From: Eledone cirrhosa
Taxonomy: Eukaryota
NCBI GenBank assembly: GCA_964016885.1
Contig: OZ024740.1
Location: 313,658,001 to 313,722,000 of the forward strand
Length of the DNA stretch: 64,000 nucleotides
Reading direction: 5' to 3'
The position numbers and the translations under genes were made by a program. Below, in pieces: positions 44,416 through 58,224 of this stretch. Within the stretch, counting starts at the first letter, position 1; each line of letters begins with the position of its first letter. The notes below the pieces were generated by a model. That model was not told the origin of the DNA. It searched no databases and was given only the letters and a program-made list of their open reading frames with translations.

Positions 44416-44518
44416 GTTGTACGTATCTACTTCCACCCATATATGTATGCGTATGTGTATGTATGTATACACACACACACACACACACACAGATACACAC
44501 ACACACACACACACACAG

Positions 44519-44591
<73 letters not shown>

Positions 44592-44611
44592 TACACACAT
44601 ATGTGTGTGTG

Positions 44612-44960
44612 TAAACAGAGGCCTCCTTCGGTCATGAATGACCATGGGATTTGCACCTAGAAAGTTCTCCTCTAAGGTACCAGTACGGACAATGTTGTTT
44701 GTGGAAGACCAGCAGTTGCCCATCCATACCAGTCTCGCCTATCCATGTCACCGATGTTGTCCAAAGGAAAGCAATAGCCGATACAGCTTGGCACCAGTGA
44801 CGTCGCAACTCATTTCTATATCTGAGTAAACTGGAGTAAACTAAATAAACGTGAAATAAAGTGTCTTGCTCAATGATACAACACATCAGCCGGTCTGAGA
44901 TTGAACTCATAACCTCACGATTGCAAGCTCAACGCTCTAACCACGAAGCATACGTCTTCA
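44612..44960 (-). mobile_element. Near full-length tRNA-derived CORE-like SINE
   Basis: GTGGTTAGAGCG..GAGTTCAATC head, TTGAGCAAGACACTT core; uninterrupted counterpart of the SINE split at 61170. Confidence 0.8.
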
Positions 44961-44966
44961 TGCTTG

Positions 44967-45009
<43 letters not shown>

Positions 45010-45174
45010 TTATATATATATATATATACATACATTGTTGGGGACATTACATAAGTAAAACAGACATATTTTATTTGTTCTGGCTTATATCCTCCCGTAT
45101 CAAGATTTTGGCTTAAGTTTAATATGTTTAAGTGCTTCTCTGAGTTGATATTATTTTTATTTTTTATCTTTTCA

Positions 45175-45256
<82 letters not shown>

Positions 45257-45349
45257 AATGAATATATATATATATATATTAATTTTATTAAGGCGAAATA
45301 GTGAGTCTTTTTACTCTGGAGTTTCGCCTGTTTATCACAGGGTCATTAC

Positions 45350-45393
<44 letters not shown>

Positions 45394-45476
45394 GAGAGAG
45401 ATAGAGAGAGGGGGGGTGAGATAGATAGAGAGGGGGTGGGTGAGAGAGATAGAGAGAGGGGGGAGAGATAGAGAGA

Positions 45477-45515
<39 letters not shown>

Positions 45516-45796
45516 ATTTGTTTTCAAATACAAACATTGGAAAGATGTGACATGCATACACATATTTATTTGCCGAATGTTTAGGAAGTTCAGTATGCAA
45601 TGTTGAGTTCTCGTGTTAGAGTTTGCTGGATGGTATCTTAAGCAAGTGTTTTTGTTATCCTACACTCTGGTCCTTCTAAATTTTAAGACTTTTTGTATAG
45701 ACCCGAACTAATCGTACGAATTTTAATTGTACTTCGAAGTCTCCATCTATGACACACATGCACATATACACACAAACACAGATATATGCGTATACG

Positions 45797-45828
<32 letters not shown>

Positions 45829-45889
45829 CGCATATATATATATATATATCCATATGTATATGTATGTATGTATATATGCATACATATAT

Positions 45890-45934
<45 letters not shown>

Positions 45935-45937
45935 TAC

Positions 45938-46006
<69 letters not shown>

Positions 46007-46041
46007 TTTAAATATTTAAATATATATATATATATATATAA

Positions 46042-46072
<31 letters not shown>

Positions 46073-46871
46073 CTGTCATTTGTATGTAAGATGCATGCAG
46101 TCATGCAATGTTGAAAATGGCGGCTTGACTGTGCTACACATACCAATAATCTATTTATTTAATTAAACACAATAAAGCTATGTTCGGTTAAGAGTCCATA
46201 CATAACGAAGCCATGATACTGATCTCTGCTGTAAGCTGTCCTATCATATAACCTGTTGTGTACTTCCTTTTCACCATGCCTCTTCTCTTTGCCACCCTTC
46301 TCTCTCCTCTTTCGCTTTGCCTCAGTCTACTCTCGTTTACACTGCAATGCTTCTCTGATTAGCAATGAGAAAATGGTTTGTGGCAGCCATTAAAAAACAA
46401 CAAATGTTGTTTGTATATATCAGCTGGTTCGGGTAATTTTCGAGGTAAACATTTTCTAGTAATTCGATTGTGTTAATTAATTGTGTCACTTTTTTTTTTA
46501 CCGTTTAATAGGTTAATGCCATGGACACATCTTGGTCCATCTAGCTTGATAACAGCGACAACAACAACAATATCAACAACAATATCAACAGATCCAGCAG
46601 CGACAGTAGTGGTAGTATCGGGAGTAAAGGCGGCGGCATCGTGTGGTTGGGGTGACGGGGTGCCGTACATTCTTGCGAACGAAATAACAAACTAGAGAAT
46701 TGAGTTGTCAAATGAGTTCAGAATTCTGTTACGTGATGTTGTTGTTGTTCATGTTGTACGTTTTTCATGACTTTTTTTTAATTTATTTTTTTATTTAAAA
46801 AAAACGTAAAGTAGATGTCGACTTGATAGATATAAACAGACTGTCGACTTTATTGACGCAGTATGTTTTGT

Positions 46872-46944
<73 letters not shown>

Positions 46945-46953
46945 ATATATATG

Positions 46954-46986
<33 letters not shown>

Positions 46987-47028
46987 GTGTGTATGTGTGT
47001 GAGTATATATACGTATAAGTATATGTGC

Positions 47029-47060
<32 letters not shown>

Positions 47061-47170
47061 GCACATATACATATACGTATATATAGTGAGAGGGGGAGAG
47101 AGGGAGTGAGATGTGCCAGAGTCTGTAGATGTTGACTAGATTGAGAGGTTATGTGTGTAGATGGGGTTCC

Positions 47171-47237
<67 letters not shown>

Positions 47238-47316
47238 TATATATGTATGTAGGTCCTATCTACAAACGCTATCAGCATAGTTGATATATATGTATGTGTG
47301 TATGTATGTATATATG

Positions 47317-47376
<60 letters not shown>

Positions 47377-47588
47377 TGCGTTTGTGTATGAGTAGAATAT
47401 TGTTATCTGAACGTGCAAATATTCACGGAAACTACGAGCGTAAACAAAAAATTATCTGCACTTTTGCCATAACATATTTTTAGGTTTGTCACTGCCTTCT
47501 ACTCATGCGTGTTTATATTTGGTACACTTGTAGTCACGTGATCGAAGTTTATGTTGGAACGCACCCGTTTTCTTGGGGTTGTTACACA

Positions 47589-47681
<93 letters not shown>

Positions 47682-47900
47682 AAGTAAGTCCATAGAATCA
47701 TTAGATAAAATATATACAGTATTTCTTCTCCGAATCACCATAAATGAACCACACAAAAAAATCATTTAAACGAGGCTATAAGTTTAAAATATACTTATGA
47801 AGAAACAATAGACAAATGATATAGCTTTTTATCCGCGACTCACAGCTACAGAAAATTTACCTAGTATTTCTGATAGACTATAGAAATTGACTAGACACAC

Positions 47901-48019
<119 letters not shown>

Positions 48020-48028
48020 TGTGTGTGC

Positions 48029-48063
<35 letters not shown>

Positions 48064-48152
48064 ACATAGTCATTACTTTAAAGCTCATAGCATATGGTCT
48101 TCTAAATGTTTTTAATTAAACATACGGTATATTGCGAAATATACTATACATA

Positions 48153-49020
48153 CGAGGTGTGTCACAAACTTTCCAGGGCTGATGTCACAAAAGATTTATT
48201 TCAAACCCAAATTCACACTAAGAGTTTTCTCCTTCAAAGTAATCCCCCTGGAGTATGTAACTGTAATCTTAGCTCTCTGCAGCGATGAAACTTTTTTCTT
48301 CATAATTTTATATACATGTCCTCTGTTTCAGGTCGTCAAGCAATGAGCACAGAGCAACGAAGAAACTTGAAGTTTCTGGTACGGTTGGGGAAAATTCCGT
48401 CAGAAGCACTGGGACTGCTGCAGCAAGTGTATGGAGATGAGACAATGTCACGCTAACGTGTTTTTGAGTGGTGCAAGATGACCCCAGGAGCAGAAGGCCC
48501 TCAACAACCTGGACTGAGGTCAACATTGAGCGCGTCAGGCAGATGGTGCGTAGCCATCGTCGGCTGACTGTTCGACTGATGGCAAATGAATCGGGACAGC
48601 GTCTGGAAGATTCTCACTGAAGATTTGGACATGCGGAAAGTCTGCGCGAAGATGGTGCCAAAACTGCTGAACGATGACCAGAGGGTCGACGCATGCAAGT
48701 GTGCCAGGACATCCTCGAGCGTCTTGAAACCGAACCAGACTTGCTAGGGACAGTCATCACCGGTGACATGGATCTTCGAGTACGACCCGGAGGGGACCCG
48801 TTTTGAAGACGTGGACGACATCAAAAAGGCCGTGACGAAGGAACTGCGGAGGATCCCGGAAAAATCCTTCCAGGAGTGCATGCAAGCGTGGCAGAAAAGG
48901 ATGGAAAAGTGCATTAGACTCCTGGGGGATTACTTTGAGGGAGACAACTCTTAGTGTGAAGTTTGGCTTTGAAATAAATCTTTTGTGTCATCAGTCCTGG
49001 TACTTTTCTGACACACCTCG
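48153..49020 (+). mobile_element. Internally deleted mariner transposon
   Basis: TA|cgaggtgtgtca...tgacacacctcg|TA with ~65-bp imperfect TIRs; EQRRNLKFLVRLGK, KVCAKMVPKLL, WIFEYDPE fused directly to GTRFEDVDDIK..GDYFEG. Confidence 0.92.
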
Positions 49021-49346
49021 TACATTCATGTATACATTGCTATTTTAGAGCACCAATCCTAATATATATATATTGACGCAATATCTAGCGATTAGCGAAC
49101 TCTAGACCTACCAGATCAAAGAAACAATTGTCAGCCCTTATTGTACAGACAACCATTTTACTCTTATCTCTTGAATTATTATTACTCCAAGTATAACCTA
49201 CATAGAAATCACCGTGAACTCGCTGCATCACTATGGAAGCGTCTTGTTGAGTCAAACTAAGCCATACGTAAATACCATCCACAACACAGAGTACTCTAAC
49301 TGGACTACCTCTAAGTGGATTGCCTATAAAGATAACTTGTTATCCC

Positions 49347-49409
<63 letters not shown>

Positions 49410-49411
<2 letters not shown>

Positions 49412-49693
49412 AGTGGAAGCTTAGTAAAATCGAAGCTTTGGCTGTGGGCAAGCAAATTTGACCTACAATAGGAATGAGTTAGCAAAGCACTCAATAAGGG
49501 TAGGTCCTTAGAGTAATAACATACGTTTAAATAGCTTGACAAATTGAACATTGCGGTAAGCAAAACCCAACCACACAATACCAAAGTAACGAATCTTTTA
49601 CGAATCTTTTAACCTTTTAGTTCTTTCGTTACTTTGGTATTGTGTGGTTGGGTTTTGCCTACCGCAATGTTCAATTTGTCAAGCTATTTAAAC

Positions 49694-49697
<4 letters not shown>
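49410..49697. repeat. Hairpin element (IR 49521-49593 / 49625-49697) between (TA)n tracts; relative at ~55360-55588
   Basis: Inverted arms visible; shared agcactc.at...agagtaataac..tacgttta. Confidence 0.7.
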
Positions 49698-49741
<44 letters not shown>

Positions 49742-49748
<7 letters not shown>

Positions 49749-50549
49749 TAAGAAAAATGGAGAGCTGCGTGGTTGCACATGGGTTACATATGAATAAAAT
49801 TAGTCCTTCATCAGTGATCTTCCAACCTTCATTGGTATTTCATCGCTTTAAAAATCATATACCTCTAGTTGGTGCGAGCAATAACTAAATAGAGTTATTG
49901 GGACAAGTAAAATAGGGTGAAACGAGCGAGACATGTAAACAAACAACGATGGTATTGCAACAGAAAGATAGGAAGAGATAAGTACATGATATCTGTAAGC
50001 TTAAGCTTGGTGAATTCATGGACGAGAGATAAAGACCATCCGACATGGGTGAGATGTGAGCAAGAAAAGGATTTCACACAGGTCAAACGGGAGGAAGTGC
50101 GTGAGGGGAGAAGCAGAGAGTGAGTGAGTGGAAGTGTGAGGAAGAGGCTAGCCGAGAGAGAGAGAGAGTGACTGGCAGAGGGGGGTAAAAAGAAGGTGAG
50201 AGATACAGAGAGAGGGGAAGCAGTAAGAAAGAAACAGACAATCGCAGCTGAGGAAAAAATATAAATATGAGAAAAATGGAGAGCTGCGTGGTTGCACATG
50301 GGTTACATATGAATAAAATTAGTCCTTCATCAGTGATCTTCCAACTTTTATTGGTATTTAATCGCTTTAAAAATCATATACCTCTAGTTGGTGCGAGAAA
50401 TAACTAAATAAAGTTATTGGGACAAGTAAAATAGGGTGAAACGAGCGAGACATGTAAACAAACAACGATGGTATTGCAACGGAAAGATAGGAAGAGACAA
50501 GCAAATGATATCTGTAAGCTTAAGCTTGGTGAATTCATGAACGAGAGAT
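49742..50549 (-). mobile_element. Non-coding element with 289-bp direct repeats (519-bp period), pLTR/retrozyme-like
   Basis: 49742-50030 is repeated at 50261-50549; each repeat has CTGATGA on the minus strand; one end is at (TA)n. Confidence 0.7.
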
Positions 50550-50729
50550 GCAGACTTGCAAGCATTGGTGAAAACAAGTCTTCCACAAAATATCTCTATG
50601 GGCCATAATAGGTTCCACAACAGTTTATTGTCCTCGCCCACGGTTAATTAACTGCTTTAGTACTACTTCTACCGAACTCTTCCCATGGACTGAGTGCTCT
50701 ATTACTACGGATATAACCTCTCAATGTTC

Positions 50730-50803
<74 letters not shown>

Positions 50804-51032
50804 GTATAAGAATATATATATATATAGTATAATATAGAATATATATATATATAGTATAATATATATAATATATAGTATAAGAATATATATATAGTAGAAG
50901 AATAAAGGAACAAAGAATCAGTGTTGGATCATAACATTTAATAACATATTACATATGTTTCACTGTTGATCAGCTCGAGGAACGATCTATTAGTGATCAA
51001 ACCTGACATTTGAGACTTATTTTAGAAAATAT

Positions 51033-51117
<85 letters not shown>

Positions 51118-51184
51118 GTGTGTGTATATATATATATATATACGATATTAAATAAATGGAAAGTATATTTATAAAACCATATTT

Positions 51185-51248
51185 ATTTCATTATATATAT
51201 TTCAGGGATATCATATTAAAAATATGGTATGCCTTCATCAGACAAAAT
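51185..51248 (-). ncRNA. Type I hammerhead ribozyme (left arm)
   Basis: Reverse complement of 51420-51483. Confidence 0.7.
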
Positions 51249-51419
51249 ACAATATAAACAGTCTTATAAATAGATAGATTTGACATACCTTACAACTTCA
51301 ACTTCCATTTAAAAAGTTGATTTGGTAGTGAAAAAAAAACTACCAAATCAACTTTTTAAATGGAAGTTGAAGTTGTAAGGTATGTCAAATCTATCTATTT
51401 ATAAGGCTGTTTATATTGT

Positions 51420-51483
51420 ATTTTGTCTGATGAAGGCATACCATATTTTTAATATGATATCCCTGAAATATATATAATGAAAT
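51420..51483 (+). ncRNA. Type I hammerhead ribozyme (right arm)
   Basis: attttgt CTGATGA agg..catatt/aatatg..cct GAAA t atat ATA atgaaat. Confidence 0.7.
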
Positions 51484-51610
51484 AAATATGGTTTTATAAA
51501 TATAGTTTCCATTTATTTAATATCGTAAATATACTCCAAATACTTGTTGAGTGCTTTTATATCAGTTATAAATATTTACTCGTTGTAACCCAACAATTTA
51601 AATAAAACTT

Positions 51611-51693
<83 letters not shown>

Positions 51694-51702
51694 TTATATA
51701 TA

Positions 51703-51825
51703 TATCAAGATAAATTAACGGACCCATAGACTCTCGTTATTCCCTGTCAATAATGTGCTCAAAGGAAAAGGAATCCTCAGCTCTTTAAAATACAATATGT
51801 AGAAAGCGTAACACACTAGAGATAG

Positions 51826-51914
<89 letters not shown>

Positions 51915-52303
51915 AGAGAGCGTGTGCCATCAATAAAACAGGGAAACCACCAGTGTATGGAATCTATAATCTATGGAAGGCAGGGTAGACACACAATAAT
52001 TAAAAATATAAATTAAAATGCGCATACGCACCTCTATAACTATATATCACACATGTACAAATCCAAAGAGATCTGTTTCACCAAGAAATTATTGACTGAA
52101 ATGGAATAGCCTATGGTTCATCAGCTTGTGCAAGGCAAATACATTCCAGACAACTCTAAGAAAATATAAGATAACCGTCCTGCAACAAATGTGTTACCCT
52201 TTCTACATATTGTATTTTAAAGAGCTCAGGATTCCTTCTCCTTTGAGCACATTATTGACAGGGAATAACGAGAGTCTATGGCTCTGTTAATTTATCTTGA
52301 AAT
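51703..52303. mobile_element. Second copy of the 1-616 family, with an inverted terminal segment
   Basis: 51703-51815 is mirrored at 52190-52303; minus-strand CTGATGA acca...tggt GAAAC at 52124-52075; internal (GA)n expansion. Confidence 0.7.
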
Positions 52304-52519
52304 TTCGCTCCTTATAACAGTCTTTCCTCTCTCTCTCTCTTTGGTTGAGCACATCTCTTTGAGTGGTTTTGGGCTGCCATTCTAGCAGCTCCCCCATCAG
52401 ATGCCACTGGTTCACTGTTCTATGCACGCTGTCACATCTCTCAGCCGCGTGTTGCAGCACGGTTATCTTATATTTTGGCACACGCTCTCTCTCTCTCTAG
52501 TGTGTTACCCTTTCTACAT

Positions 52520-52572
<53 letters not shown>

Positions 52573-52575
<3 letters not shown>

Positions 52576-52776
52576 TAAGTATGACCCCGACTGCAGAGCT
52601 CAAGCCGTTTCAACGGCTATTTCTGGACTAAATACTTTAGTTCGGAAATAACCGTCGAAACGGCTTGAGCTCTGCCGTCGGGGTCATACTTTCTCCTATT
52701 ACCCACTCTACTACCCTAAGTATTGAGTAATCTGGTGCGTTATGGTCCATCTGGTTCCTTACCACAACTCCTCCGT

Positions 52777-52778
<2 letters not shown>
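52573..52778 (+). mobile_element. Family A hairpin element
   Basis: Palindrome apex at 52633-52635; GAAACGGC..GCCGTC; flanked by TA. Confidence 0.7.
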
Positions 52779-52838
<60 letters not shown>

Positions 52839-53589
52839 ATTGAAGTCAGTTTGATTACCAATGGGTGGAACTGGTGGTTTTGGTTGGCAAAGTCACCCTT
52901 CATAGATATCCAGTGATTGGTACAGGAACGGGATAAAGTATTTATTAGACAACAATAGAAGGCCGGAGTGCAAAACAGCTTTGAGATTTTATTTCCGTGA
53001 AATCACTATATGTATTTGAATGGCCCAGCACCATCATCCAAATATAATTATTTCTACTTTAGGCACAAGGCCAGCAATTATCCAGTGCATTACTGGTACT
53101 TTATTTTATCGACCCCGTAAGGATGATCCAAATATAATGCAAGGTAGAACGATGTCATCAAACAACTTGCATAAAATGACATAACAGAGATATGTTGAAA
53201 CCTAACGTTGAAACCTGCACGCGCACACACGTATGCACAGACACACACATACATACAGTGGTGGAGTGGCCAGTTTGCCAGGTTGCCCAATGGTAAGTCG
53301 GCCCCAGGTAGCCCACGTTGGCATTGCAGGAGCCCACTGTAGTAATTCAGGGGCCAATGCTTTACTTTCAAAAAATACCCGAAGTCTATGAGAAAGAATA
53401 ACCTTTTTTTAAAAAATAAATAAAACAATTAAGCAAAACATTTGGAATGAACCAAAATATATGATAGTGCAAATAGCTGGAATCTGTGGTTGTACGTTCT
53501 ACTAAATCTAAAGCTTAGTTTATTCATTCATGCATGCAAACATACATATACAGACACACACACAAGCATATATACATACATACATAAAT

Positions 53590-53655
<66 letters not shown>

Positions 53656-53657
<2 letters not shown>

Positions 53658-53845
53658 CGAAGGGAAAGTGGTAAGGAACCAGGTGGACCATAACGCGCCA
53701 AAGTACTCAATACTTAGGGTAGTAGAGTGGGTAATAGGAGTAAGTAAGACCCCGACGGCTGAGCTCAAGCCGTTTCGACGGCTAATTCTAGTATAGAATT
53801 AGCCGTCGAAACGGCTTGAGCTCAGCCGTCGGGGTCTTACTTACT

Positions 53846-53850
<5 letters not shown>
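53656..53850 (-). mobile_element. Family A hairpin element
   Basis: Perfect IR 53734-53790 / 53794-53850; flanked by TA. Confidence 0.72.
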
Positions 53851-53907
<57 letters not shown>

Positions 53908-54131
53908 CACACACATACATATACATATATATATACACATACACATATATAAACACACACACACGCACATATATATATATATGTATATGAAAGACCAAAA
54001 TTCATTATTAAAAGTCTCTGGATTTCGCAAAATAAATAATATTTTTTATTGGAGACTAATATTTTTATACGCAGTCCGCCATTGTGGACTGCGTGCTCTA
54101 CCACTATGGATATTACCTTCCAGTGTTCTAC

Positions 54132-54216
<85 letters not shown>

Positions 54217-54243
54217 ATGCCAATCATACATATATATATATAT

Positions 54244-55030
54244 AATGCCAATCATGTAACTTTGAATCTAACTGACATGCAAAAACATATATGTATAAAT
54301 AACGTAAGCCCAAATCATAGTAGATTCAAATATCACAGAGAGAATGTGAGAGCGGAGTAATGAGGTGCAACAGAAATGAAACATGGATTATAGGTTAAAA
54401 TATAATCTAGATAGTATATATATATGAATAAAGTAAGCCCAAATCATAGTAGGTTCAAATATCACATAGAGAGAGAGGGAGAGAGGAGAGAGAGAGAGAG
54501 AGTGACAGCGAGAGAAATGGGGTGCAACAGAAATGAAATATGGATTACAGATTAAAATATAGTCTAGATAGATGAGAAACAAAACGATGATGTAGTTTAT
54601 GGAACACCCAAATAATTTAGAAGTCAACCTTAAGTAGGAACAATAACATTAAGAAAGACATGATCAACACCACATGACTTTATTTTGAAAATTTTGTAAG
54701 TAGGCTTATAAGTATGAATTTACACAAGATTTACGTAGATGTCTCAGTGGCCTAGCGGTAGGTACCAGTGACGCTGGAGATCCTGGTCTTGTTCAATCCT
54801 GGTCAAGATGTACATCTAATCTTTTTCAGTTTTTATTTTACATCCCATCGAAAAAAATTGAAAAGGTTTACCGGGAACCCTACTCCCGACCAGGATCATC
54901 ACCGTCTATGACTCCTCCAACTAGGTCACCGAGAGAGCTACAAAAGTATAATGAAAATAAATAATCATAAACCTACTTTCAAAATCAAAGTAAAAAATAT
55001 GTGGTGTCGTTCCTGGCTTTCCTAGAACTA
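54244..55030. repeat. Dispersed repeat with convergent tRNA-like units; second copy 56238-56897
   Basis: Two ~650-bp similar copies; A/B boxes at 54748-54799 and a mirrored diverged unit at 54870-54941. Confidence 0.65.
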
Positions 55031-55583
55031 CTAGTCATATTTAGGGTGGATTGTCAATCTTCTTTCTCTTTGGTAACAACATTTCTATTCCTATGTGTGT
55101 TTAACTGTTGAATTAATTTAATTTGATTATTTTTAACAAACAAATAATATATATATTTATACAAATTTTAGTACAGCATTAACGAAGCTTTGGCGGTGAA
55201 TTCGAAATTTGAGACAAAGGAATGAAATTCCCTCAGACAAACCGAATTAAGCAATCAACCAGAAGTTATCAAACAAACAGAAACAATTAATCAATCAATA
55301 GAACTGTCTAATTCAATTAATCAGTTAATCGTTAATTCTAGGAGTTAAAATACACATTTTAGTACAGCATTAAAGAAGCTTTAGGCTGCGGCTAAGCTAA
55401 CGAATGTAAATTCGGAATGTAGCTTTAGCACTCGATGGAGAATAATACTCAGAGTAATAACAATACGTTTAGACAGCTTTGCAAATCAAATATAGCGATC
55501 AGCAGTCCACCCGCATTGCCATAGCAACGAAAAAGACTGGACTCAGGAAAAGATTTTTGACTGATCTGGACCATCACGCGGAG

Positions 55584-55685
<102 letters not shown>

Positions 55686-55687
55686 TA

Positions 55688-56214
55688 TATTATAAACACC
55701 TTGCATATTTCTATAGGTACCTAGTGCCTGTTGAAATATCCATACCTTTTTATAATTTTTCTCCTGATGTAGAGAACAAAACGCTGTATAATGCTGTTGG
55801 TTTTAGTGGCACTATCAACAAGTTTATAATAAAACAGCTGTTACTTGCGACCTGATTTTGCGTGTGTGTCATTTTAACGGCGTGACTGCATGCGTTAGGC
55901 ATGAAGCGAAATATTGACTTACTGTGAGATTAGCAACCTTATAGTATGGAAATAAGCTGTCTGAAGATCTAATTCTTTCCATTGGAAATTCTCTGGATTT
56001 CCAATCTTTGGATTGGTGAAACCGTCGGTAACAGCAATAGAACAGTGATTATTTAAATCGTTTTTTAATTTATTTAGAGAATTGTTTGATAATTGCTTGC
56101 TCCGCTCATCTTTATATTGTTCTGGTATCTCAAATTAGTACCATCGAACCACAACTATTATAAACACCTTGCATATTTCTATAGGTACCTAGTGCCTGTT
56201 GAAATATCCATACC
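55688..56214 (+). mobile_element. Retrozyme-like element: 468-bp unit, 59-bp terminal direct repeat, internal hammerhead
   Basis: 55688-55746 = 56156-56214; (TA)n on both sides; no ORF. Confidence 0.75.
55956..56035 (+). ncRNA. Type I hammerhead ribozyme with long stem II
   Basis: gctgt CTGAAGA t ctaatt..attggaaatt/gatttccaat..gattgg t GAAAC cgtcg GTA acagc. Confidence 0.8.
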
Positions 56215-56348
56215 CTTATATATATATATATATATATAATGCCTGTCATTGTAACTTTGTATCTAGGGCATGCAAAAACATATATATATTAATAAAGTAA
56301 GCCCAAATCATAGTAAGTTCAAATATCACATAGAGACAGAGAGAGCGA

Positions 56349-56469
<121 letters not shown>

Positions 56470-56965
56470 GGGGTGCAACAGAAATGAAACATGGATTACA
56501 GGTTAAAATATAGTCTAGATAGATGAGAAATAAAACGAGGATGTAGTTTATGGAACACCCAAATGATTTAGAAGTCAACCTTCAATAACATTAAGAAAGA
56601 CATTAAGAAGACCACATGATTTTATTTTGAAAATTTTGAAAGTAGGTTTATAAGTATGAATTTACACAAGATTTACGTAGTTGTCTCAGTGGTCTAGCGG
56701 TAGGTACAAGAGACAGTGGAGATCCTGCTCAAGAGGTACATGTAATATTTTTTCAGTTTTTTTATTTTACAACCAATAGAAAAAAACTTAAATAGTTTAT
56801 CGGGAAACATACTTCCGGCCATGATCGATCTTCAGACCGGGATTATCACCCTCTATGATTCCTCCAACTAGGTCGCCGAGTCAGCTACAAAAGTATAGCA
56901 TTCTATATGTAGGTGGGCTCTTTCATCTCCTGGAAACCAATATTTTCAGACCCAGTTCGCCACTG

Positions 56966-57044
<79 letters not shown>

Positions 57045-57179
57045 GTGTGTGTGTGTATGTGTGTGTATTTATAGATACATATATATATATATATACATAT
57101 ATATGTGAAAGGTAAACGTAACAAATCACAGTAAATGTGTACCTTACAATCAACGCTTGATATAGTAGGGAAAGACTCA

Positions 57180-57212
57180 TAACGTTTCGGACGTTAGTCC
57201 TTAATCAGGAAA
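57180..57212 (-). ncRNA. Decayed minimal hammerhead core
   Basis: CTGATtA a ggac taac gtcc GAAACGTT; stem II resembles that at 37352. Confidence 0.4.
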
Positions 57213-57496
57213 GGTGTGATAAAGAATGATATGTATGACGTCTTGGTTGCGTGACAATTGTAGTGGGGATTGGCCATGTAATATAAATACATCACTGCGA
57301 ATTTTTCTAGACATCCACGTAGTTTTGCGTACCTTTAGACAGGACTACTAATGATGATAGCATGAAATACGGTTAAAAACTAGTTTTTAAATGGTTGGGA
57401 AATATAGAAAAGAAAAGAGTAAACGAGAACAAACGAAAGTCGTTGAATCATGTGAGAACAAAACATGCATGTACATAACGAAGAGAAAGTACCACA

Positions 57497-57806
57497 CAAC
57501 TAACGAGTTGGTTATGGAGGAAATGGAAACATTGAGACAGATGGTCGCGACAGTAAGGAAGCAAAAGTTACAATACTTTGGCCATGTCATCAGAGCACAG
57601 AACCTCTGCAACATATCCTGGATGGACATATTGATTGCAGAATATCGAAAGACCACGGTGATGCTGGAGTGATGATATCAGGACATGGGCGGGAAGAAGG
57701 CTGGCGGAGTGGACGGTCATAGCGAGAGCGAGAAGCCAATGGAGACCATTCGTACAACTGCCTATGGTCACCGACCCTCAGTAATGAAGATGAGAAATGA
57801 AGAAGA
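57497..57806 (+). mobile_element. RTE-clade LINE 3' fragment
   Basis: TNELVME..VRKQKLQYFGHVIRA, then WSDDIRTWAG..ARARSQWR; short gaa tail. Confidence 0.8.
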
Positions 57807-57959
57807 ACAATTATATATCTATATCAGAAGTTAGACTATAAAAAACTGTCGATCGACAAGATCCCAGACCTCATTCGTTTAACGAGTGGCGTGGAGCTCG
57901 TCAAATCGGACCGAGGAAACAAGGTTTCCGTAGTCTTTCCAATTGCTAATACTATCTAC

Positions 57960-58100
57960 AGGTCCCAAATACAGACGGAAGAAGCAACGTGCAATAAAGT
58001 GTCTGGCTCAAGAACATAATGCATCGCTCTTTCCGGGAATCGATCTCACAGCCTCACGATTGCGAATTCAATTCTCTAACCACTCAGCCACGCGCCTTCT
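57960..58100 (-). mobile_element. CORE-like SINE 5' part
   Basis: TGGCTGAGTGG A box, GATCGATTCC B box, ttcttgagccagacacttt. Confidence 0.7.
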
Positions 58101-58224
58101 CTAAAGACTATAGACGACAACAAAAGAGACGAACCTACAATAGAAAGCGCATTGGAATGATATCCATTTTCAGGCATCTGACTAGTTGCACAGAACACAG
58201 ATGAAAGAGAGAAACATTATTTTA

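Larger units (their letters stand above)
51141..51614. mobile_element. Fold-back element, arms 51141-51329 / 51339-51527, one hammerhead per arm
   Basis: 189-bp near-perfect inverted repeat plus an ~87-bp tail; flanked by TA. Confidence 0.8.

Noticed and set aside
46490-46695. Possible host exon after a polypyrimidine-AG; similar candidate at 42033-42108
   Set aside because: No recognisable protein similarity or consistent gene model; needs RNA-seq.
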